64,000 bases of DNA. It comes from Amoebophrya sp. A120. Taxonomy: Eukaryota > Protista > Dinoflagellata. The number at the start of each line of letters is the position of its first letter. Within the stretch, counting starts at the first letter, position 1. Shown here piece after piece: positions 55,676 to 64,000 of the stretch. The position numbers and the translations under genes were made by a program. The notes under the pieces were generated by a model, which saw only the letters and a list, made by a program, of their open reading frames with translations, ran no database searches and was not told where the DNA came from. The DNA lies in contig CAJINV010000008.1 in assembly GCA_905178155.1 (NCBI GenBank), positions 930,001 through 994,000 of the forward strand, in the 5' to 3' direction.

Positions 55676-58120
55676 AAGTGAAAGCACTCCAGAATCAAGA
55701 TGAAGATTTACGCGTGGCCATACATGTACCTGTATGCTCACTCCCTCGCTGCCGGTTCTAGTACAACGAGATCTTTGCATTGCAACTTTCATGCAAGGAG
55801 CCACACTTCCGAGGTGTTACTCAATTCTATTTTCTCTGTTTGCATGCGGTTTTCTTTCGGATTAGGCTTTGTTCCTTGGTTACCGAGAACGAGACATGTC
55901 TTGCATGACATAGCGTGAAGATCCTGGAAGGTGCAGCAAGCGAGAGCACGTAGCATAGCGTTTGCGCTGCATAAAACTGATATGCTGTGGGACGTTCAGA
56001 CAGTCTGAAATGAAATCCACGTTGAAGCATGGCAGTCAAGGAAGCGTTTGCTTTATAATTTTTTTCACATGTTGTATCATTTGGATGTATGGCAAACAAT
56101 TTGAATTTATACGAACGGTTCAAGTTTCAATTTCATTTTTCAGTATCAGCACAGCCAAACCCTAAATTCAATTTACCAGTCACAGTCTTAATTTTGCATA
56201 ATGTCGATCTTAACGACATGCTTAACTTTTAGAGAATCGAATAAAATTAGTCACTCCAGCTTTATCACCATGAAATTCGATAAGTTCACTATCACTTGCT
56301 CCCACTGTTTCGCGATACTACGATAGGCACTACGCAGCTGCTATTCAGAATTTGAATTTTCGATATATGAAAAAAGTAAACGGTTATTCAATCATGTTAT
56401 GGCTATCGAATTCAAATTATGAGTTTCTCAACGCAATTGATCACCAACACCATGTAGCGGACGGTTACATGAAGAATGACTGCACTAATACTAGCGGTGA
56501 AGAGAAGTAACAGGAAAGTAGCATATTGTTATACGATTTCGGAGAAGCAGTGTCAAGTTTCGGCTTGTACTCTCCCGGACAAAAAGTACAGATGTAGTCC
56601 ATTTATTCTGGCTTAATATTGCACAGCTTTGTGTTTTCTTCTGGATATTTAGAATTAGCATAGAACCATGGAGAAAGCAAAGTGGAGTTCCTTTATCGCA
56701 GGCTGGAGTTCGACCGGACAGTAACGCAAAGGAAACATAACGCAAATGCGATTTATCTTTCTTTTCTAGACACTATCAGCATCGATCTCAAAGTCAAAAG
56801 GGCGGGCTCATACGACTCATCATTCTTTTACCAATTATCAGCGGCGCGAAGACGAATAGTACCATTTGGCAGTGCGAAATCGGACCTAAGCAAGACCGTC
56901 GCGAAGACAGAGCATTCGGGGCGCAAAAGAATCACCTCTCGACCCTTATATCTCGGCGGTTTGTAGAAGCCTTTCTTCCATGACAAGGTCATTATTGCAC
57001 GCTCTATAGAGAAGCGAACATCTTTTGTGGTTGGGTTGTCCTATCTCTAGACTGTCACAACTGAATATGCACCTGCTACAGAACCGGGGAGCGGAATTTC
57101 CGTTTGCTTCGGATTTCCTTCCAGGGACTGCAACCGACAGTAAAATTGCGAGGCGTAAGTAGTCCGTGAACGTAATGGGTCTACTCAAGTAACAAACGAA
57201 AGACCAATGCGCACTGTAGGAAGCTTCTGTAGGGCACAAAGCGTCGTTCTCACGCTGAAGAATCTACTGCGCCAGATTCTTCAAGAGGCGTTTCGACACA
57301 TGCCTTCGCCATGCGAACGAGAACGAGTAGTGAAGGCAAGGGTCAGGTGATTGCACGTAAACTAGGAGATTTTAGTGCTGGATGCAAATTAATGCTCTGA
57401 AAGCGACAGTTTATTGGAAAAGTGCTATGCGTGTTACTGTTAGCTTCAAACCCACGCGAATATGGGGGTCAGTACATGTTTCTTTCCTCCTTGGTATCCT
57501 CTTAATTTTTACAAAGCATGCCTGTCAATGTGATTGATGCTCTCGACCCGGTAAACATAACACATTTTCGCATAGATGAAACATAGCTCAAATTTGCTGA
57601 ACAAGAGGAACATGCTCATGACTAGCTTTAAACAAATTGACCCGAATGAAATGAGCATTTCGGCTGCAGTTTTAGCGATGTGACTTGTTGTATCATCTGT
57701 CTCGATTTGCTTGACGTAATTCACGTTTGACGTCCAAGTGTCCCAGGTGCGCGTGAAAGGTCGGTTTACTTTTTCATTTTTCTCTTTTCTGCGGAATCGC
57801 AGCCAGTCCGCGCGGCTGAAACTGCGTAAGGTCGTTTTGCTCGGTTGGTGTTGTCGCTCTTTGATGCAAGGAATGAAAAGGAGAAGAAGTAGGCAAATTG
57901 GATTCGGTAGAAATTTGTTTGTTAGCGTTATCGGTAGCAGGTTTTCGTATTGAAATAGAAATTTCCATGTCCGTAAAAGTTTTCGTTGTCCTCAATTCGT
58001 TCACCGTTATCGTTCCTTCGGACCGTTCCTCTGTCGTTAGTCGCAATCGCGACTTTTTCGTTGATCGTGACGTACTAACGGAGTAGGATATTCGTATTCC
58101 GTTTGTTTCTTTCGTCCATT

Positions 58121-58170
58121 CTTGATCTTGATGACTCCTACTCTTCTTGATCTTGATGACTCCTACTCTT
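58121..58170. repeat. Perfect 25-bp tandem duplication
   Basis: CTTGATCTTGATGACTCCTACTCTT x2. Confidence 0.9.
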
Positions 58171-58500
58171 TCACGTTATTTTAGCTTTCGGTTTTCCGAA
58201 AACTGTACAGTTTCCCCTCCTGACAAGCTGATATACCTGTTTGTTTACGGAAAAGATAGTCTACCCGAGAAATCCTTAGTACTAACAGTTTAGATCGTGT
58301 TTCGCTCGTATCCATCGGAAACTATTGATTACCCCCTTACTATTTCCTGTACAATTTTATTGCAAGTGTTTGTATGCTCAGTGAGACCCGATCAGCTTTC
58401 TTCTGATGATGATGAACGTGGTGTCTTTCTTTTGAGATCCAGCACTCCGTAGCCAGGTTGGGAAGAAGAAGGAAACCAAATAGAAAGTAGGGACGACGTC

Positions 58501-61500
58501 ATGAGGGCGGCCGGGCGACGTGAGGCTGAAGAGCTTCTGTTGATGCTACGAGGGGAGCGGGAGGATGCTGTGCAAGAACGTGTCATGTATCGGCAGGAGG
58601 CGTACGATAAACAGGAGGACCCGGTGGAATCCAAATCCTCGCTTCCCGCAGGTGACGTGGTTCGTGCCAGGTCGTCTGCAAGAAACGGTAAAAACGGGGG
58701 ATTAGAGGATGCCTCTGCTGGAAGAACGCCACTGCTGCACGAGGAGCCGCCGGTATTCGCTCATCTGCAATCTCTTCATTCCGACTCGTTTGCTGCTGTT
58801 CTTGCCCGCTTGTTGCCGCTGCTGATACTGCTTACTTTTGTGGTAGGTTACGTGTACATGTATTTGACGACGTACGTCTACGGCTACTACCCGCTAATTT
58901 GGTTCGAATACGCCGTGCTTCCCTCGCAAGCCTTGGTACTGTACCACTTGGTTTTCTCGGTCGTGGGAGCGTGGCTCTGCGTTTCCCGGATGGCGCACGC
59001 TGTGCGGGAAGACTGGAACGCGAAACTCCAGAAATTTGCTCAGGCGTCTGAAGAAAACGAGAAGGAGCTCGACGGACTGCTGCACGTCGTTATCCTTCCA
59101 AACTACAAAGAAGACGAGGAGACTCTATCCGCCACCATCACTAACCACAGGAAAGAAGCAGATGACGTGGCGGTCGCCCATCATAATGAGAAAGTGGGTA
59201 TTAAGTAATTGTAACCAAGTACCACCAAATTTGCATCTGGCTCTGGCATCAGCATTGAAACTAGACGAGGGCTGGTCATGTGCATTCACTTGCGTACTGC
59301 TTATTCACATATGATTTGCTTTTGATGCTGCCGATGGGGCGCTTATGCTGCTAGGGGTCACTTATCTCAATCTGTGTTTGTTATGGGGTGATCACTACGT
59401 ACAGTTTTGCTCTCCATACTCACGAACCTTGTTTTACAACATTGTGACGTCAGTGAGGGATCAAGATCATGCCGGAAGGGCAACGCTCAGGGAGGACAAG
59501 AAGATTCTGATGAAAACCGTTCATGTTTGAATTCAAGCCCGAGCGGGTGCCAGTACCGCCTCCCGATGGTCCTCGTACTAGCTATGGAGGGACGAGAGGG
59601 CGGCGAGGCAGTCGCAAAAGCGGAAAGGCTGCAAGCCCGACATGGGCACCAATTTGAGAAAATTTTGGTTAGCTACCACCAGAAAGACGAGTTTCCGGGG
59701 GAGATTGCTGGCAAGTCATCCAACTCGCACGCCGGTTTTTTGTGCGCAAAAGCGTTTCTGAACGACCCGCTACAGTGCGTCAATATTTCGTTAGATGATG
59801 AAGATCAACGTCGAAAGCCGAGTCGCGCACGCGTCGGCGCGCCTCGAGCTGCCAACAACGCGGACACTTCTGCGATGTCTGACAAGAACGCCGAGTCTCG
59901 ACTTTGGTGGCACCCAGCTCGTACATTTTTCACCGTGGCCGACGCTGACACGCTTTTCCACAGGCATTACTTCGCTTGTCTTACGCTTACCGCGCTCTCT
60001 GAAAAATGCGCTGATCGGGAATGGAAGATTTGGCAGTCCGTGCAGCTTCCGTTCCGCAACTATCTAGACGTACCGGCGCTAAGCAAGCTTGCAGCAGTCG
60101 GGGCGTGGCTGCATGAGCATGCGCAGCTGGGTTTGTACACCTTGTTTCCGGCCGTGCCGATGAGTTCTTACTCCTTAACATACGCGCTCGCGGACCGTGT
60201 GGGCGGATGGGACGTTGACGTAATTGCAGAAGACTGCCACATGTACTTGAAGTGCCTCCTCGTTTCCCACCTCTGGAGTGTTCGACGCCCAGAGCACCTT
60301 GCGGACGAAAAAGCTGTTGATGGAGCTTGTCCTGCACAAGAATCTGGAGACCACCTGCCATGTTCAGATGCTGTCAAGGAGCGGGAGGCTCTACTGGGAG
60401 GTTGCAAGGAGAGCAGTGGCCAAGAAGCTTCGGGGCCTAGACCAGGCGGTGGAACGGGCGCCAGGTCCTCGAGCTCAACGGGCGTCCCGGCTGCGCGTGG
60501 ATCAGTTTGCAAGATGGAAGTGGTGTCAATTGACCTCCCGTTTGCGAACTTCATTGTGGAAAGCGATCGCATATGCTTCGTAACAAGGGGGCCTGCAACA
60601 CCCACATGTATACATAGCCAAGACAAGTGTTTTTGCAATGGTACAACATTTAGAAGTCGTCCCGACGGATTTTTGTAGCATACAGTAGCACCGATGCGAT
60701 TGACAATGCCAGACAAGACCATCACAGGCATTTTCAAGCGAAAGACGGTCAGAAGTTGCTTTTCACCAACCTGATAAGGCACATGCGACCAGACCGAGCA
60801 GCAGATGCATTAGTACATGACTCGCTCTGAAATCTAGCGTCTCTTGATTTGTATGGGGTGGAGAACTTAGCATGCTTCTTGTTCCGGAGGATAGTCCAAT
60901 TCTTACCTCGCAAACATCGTGGCACGAATGCAGCAAGCTAGACGGCACCTCCAGGGAATTGCGGAAGCAAGTTTCCTACTTTTGAACGTGTGGAACATGC
61001 TCGCTTGGCGTGCAAAGTCAATGCAACTGACGATTAAGAGCAGCCCCTCAGCAGTGAGAAATAAGACGATCGCGGACGCCGGCATGACACCAGCACTCGA
61101 GGAGCACTCAATTTTTAGATACGTGAAGCACCTGCGAATTGCTTCTTCCATAATCAACCTCAACATGCTCGTACCCTGCTGCGCCGGGATGGGTAAAAGA
61201 ATGAAAAGCCGACCCCGCGCTCTAGCCATCTCACATCTACTTGCCTGCGGTCGCTATTTGTATTTTCTTATGGAATTCCAATTGAATGATCTACTTTATC
61301 TGATACCTGTCGACTACGACGTGGCACCCCGGTATGCAGTTGAGGTGGAAGTAGATACAGATACTCAAGAACCCTCTCTAGTTTCTCACGCCGTGGTCAG
61401 TGCATGTCTTCAAAATACGTATGTATACCACAGTCTCGCTCTTATTCGTCGTGGTTCTGATTGATGTGAACTGCGACGTGCTGAATTAGCGAGTGTAGGC

Positions 61501-63564
61501 AAAGTACCTGGTGGGGAGGCGGTGCGTGCAGCATTTTTCCGCTTCATACTTCGAGCCATGCCCGGCCTTGTGCGATTTCTTCACGGGTATGGAGGCTTTC
61601 CTCTGATCATGGAAGCGCTACCGATCACATATGGTATCCTGTCGGCTGGCTTCGGTAGCCTCGTCTGCACCCATGTGTTCCTGTTTGTTTCTTCTCTCCG
61701 ACAGTTCCAAGAGGGACACTACTTTCCGGTGTGGCAACTGGGATGCGGTCAAGTTTCTTGGAGTCGGAACACGGCGAAGTACCTGTTGATTTTAGTTCTT
61801 GATTTATTGCTTCGTTTCGTCATTTTTACATACAGGTGGTTAAAATACACCGATCACAGAAACATCGCACTTTGGGTGCCCTCTAAGTAGTAGGCGTCCG
61901 GCTCTCACGGGGGACCACTTCGGCTCTATAAATGCGGTAATTACTTCTATCTTGTATCTATTGAATGTGCAACATTTTTTAGGCACCGCTGTGGGAAGGA
62001 GGAGCGAATTGCGGGGTGTGCCGACGAAAAGCAGGAAAAAGAAGCGTCCGCGTGCGCCCCAGTGGCGAGCTGCGGCACAGACCTGCACTTTATCGACCAC
62101 GACGATGCTACCATTACTTTTGACACCGTGGGCAATCCGACGGTCGTAAGCAAAATACACAGGAACCCTTCATCGAAGGATTACAGTGGGACGGATTGCA
62201 CAGATAAAAGGGATCCGTTATCTCCGACGGGGTACTTGTTAATCTTGGTGATATTAACTCTTTCTCTTAGCCTTCATGCGGGCTGACTCTGAGCAAATGC
62301 AAATCTATGTTTAAGTCTATCTATCTGATAGTCGCATGCCAACGTAGCTCTTTATCTTTTTGGGGTATGCCATTGTCAGTTTTCGGCCTTGCATTACATA
62401 CACCATTAAGTTTAAGATTAACCTCGCAATTTGTTTGATTGCTCATCATGTATGAATCTATGGCGCACTACTTCCATTCCAGGGGCCACCGCGACACGAA
62501 CGGCGCAAGCGCAGCCTTCTCGACGTCAGGCACTTTTTTGTGTATGGATGCAGCGAATACTCTTCCGGCAGGCAATCAGGAACCTTTATTGCGGAGGCTG
62601 GGAAAAAGCATCAATATCCTGAGTAAAAACGTACCCACACCAGGACCAGAGTTAGGATGAGGATTTTGCAACACAAACCTAGGAGTTTTGTGAGTGACGC
62701 ATGACAAATTGAGCGCTGCAGTGTAGTGCAGGTTAGCAAGTGCAGCCGCATCACAAATCCAGCTGCTCACCCTGTTCACAGCATCACAAATTCCAAAACA
62801 CGACTGGAAATGGCTCTCATGCGGATGCGCATTACAAGTCTTCCTGTCTTTGCAAATCTGCATTACAACTCTGGCGTGGGTACGTTTTTACTCAGGATAA
62901 TCAACGCAGTTTCGTCTCGCAAGCTCACGAATGCGTCGCTTGTAGTATTACAATGAAAAATGCCCCCACCCCCGAACTTGGGAAAATTTGTATTGCAAAC
63001 CTTTCCAAATGAAACACTCACCCTCTTGCATCTATCAGCATCACAGGTTTTCAATCGTGAACAGCAAGAATGTAGTGTATTGCAAAAGACCCCAGCAAGA
63101 GCGGCGCTTGTCATGCAAGCGATGCGATACACGCCTAGACCCTGCATAAGAAAGATTCCTACTTCTTTCATGCATGACAAAAAGTCTTCAGTTGGACACT
63201 TCGCATCACAAATGTTTACAATTTAAGGGGTGGGGGGCATTTTTCACTGTAATATGTAGTGCTGATCGCGTCGACGTTTCTCAACTTTCTTCTATGGGGC
63301 CAGATACTTCTGGCCCTACTATTCTTTGTACCTCTTCTTCCGACAGCGATTCATATCGCGTTCCATGGTAACCGTTTTGACTATGCCACCGCCGAAAAAT
63401 ATCCGACAAAACTTTCTGGTCAACTCACGGGTTCAGTTTTTTGGCATCACTGTTGTCCCCCACCTCCGGTCACGTTCATGAGCATAAGTTACTTAGAATT
63501 GCTGAGGGCTATCTCAGCGTCGTTGCAAATGCAATGGATACAAGAGCAAGTCAAAGAACATTGA
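58501..63564 (+). CDS. Multi-pass GT2-family glycosyltransferase; exons ~58501-59140, 59423-60570, 60898-61192, 61499-61835, 61983-~62230, ~62440-62613, 62904-62944, 63259-(end uncertain)
   Basis: HVVILPNYKED, VLAMEGRE, GEIAGKSSN, TVADADT, SSYSL, GGWDVDVIAEDCHMY and QQARRHLQG, with TM helices at both ends. Assigning the exons beyond 61900 to the same gene is an inference, and one junction is unresolved. Confidence 0.65.
59141..59422 (+). other. Decayed TA-type intron
   Basis: ATCAC|TAAC ... CATA|CTCAC; join LSATIT|NLVLQ. Confidence 0.75.
60571..60897 (+). other. Decayed TA-type intron
   Basis: TIR TATGCTTCGTAACAAG / CTTGTTCCGGAGGATA; join VESDR|NSYLANIVARMQQARRH. Confidence 0.8.
62615..62899. 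mobile_element. Introner family C, TSD ATCAA
   Basis: Same TIR and a closely similar internal sequence to 46786-47064. ATCAA at 62610-62614 and 62900-62904. Join GKSIN|AVSSRK. Confidence 0.95.
62946..63254. mobile_element. Introner family D, TSD TGTAG
   Basis: TATTACAATGAAAAATGCCCCCACCCC ... GGGGTGGGGGGCATTTTTCACTGTAATA. TGTAG at 62941-62945 and 63255-63259. Join NASLV|VLIAST. Confidence 0.93.
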
Positions 63565-64000
63565 TTGACAAATTTTTGCCAGGTCCACTCGGTTGATAAA
63601 GTTTTTTTATCAACAAGATCGAACGAAGGACAGCGACAGAGATATACGTATGCGCTGCGGGGGGGGGGGCAGAAACAGAACCTGTGATGTGATCAGTGAA
63701 GTTTTGGCTGGTATTACGAGCCGAAGAGCGCAGCCGCAGCAACAAATCCCAATACAGTTGTTGTGGACGCAAAACCCGCTGAAAAGCGGCAGGATGATGA
63801 AACTGAGAGGAATGAGAACGATTGCAGTGCAAATGCGAAGGCCGCTGGAGAAACGATACGGGAACAGCTGTTGCAAGTGTACTTAAAGTACATTGGCGTG
63901 CTGCGGCGCCGGACGGGTTTCGGAAAGGATAAACGGGATATACGAACGCAAATGCAAAGGCCTGCTAAGTTTAGCCAGGAGTTCTATGATGTGCCGTGCT

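Noticed and set aside
55676-58500. Long AT-richer intergenic stretches (also 49150-51128) as possible transposase or RNA genes
   Set aside because: No recognisable transposase, tRNA, rRNA or snRNA motifs by eye; a fragmented gene cannot be excluded.
63400-64000. Possible further TA-type intron starting TATCC after ATAEK
   Set aside because: No convincing partner end or in-frame exon could be fixed within the window.

Overview
Eukaryotic, gene-dense window with about 13 protein-coding genes, all on the + strand: RNA ligase-kinase fusion, FkbM-like methyltransferase, a giant LicD+GT8 protein, a WW-domain protein, a membrane+RCC1 protein, four more glycosyltransferase-like genes, a nucleotide-sugar transporter, a PAN-domain protein, a thioredoxin-like 2Fe-2S ferredoxin and a PKA catalytic subunit. 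The architecture suggests a syndinian dinoflagellate such as Amoebophrya (inference). The main signal is a transposon-derived, non-GT-AG intron ('introner') system. Seven intact non-autonomous elements (4 families, 262-484 bp) have TAT...ATA terminal inverted repeats (TIRs) and perfect 5-bp target-site duplications (TSDs), and sit in coding exons. Removing each element plus one TSD copy restores the reading frame. I reconstruct about 19 more decayed introns with the same geometry, against about 12 GT-AG introns. Decayed copies suggest the cut lies 4 nt into the duplication. In that register T at +2 and A at -7 are invariant, pointing to a splicing code that needs neither G+1 nor a terminal AG. 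All gene models were assembled by eye and need RNA-seq confirmation.
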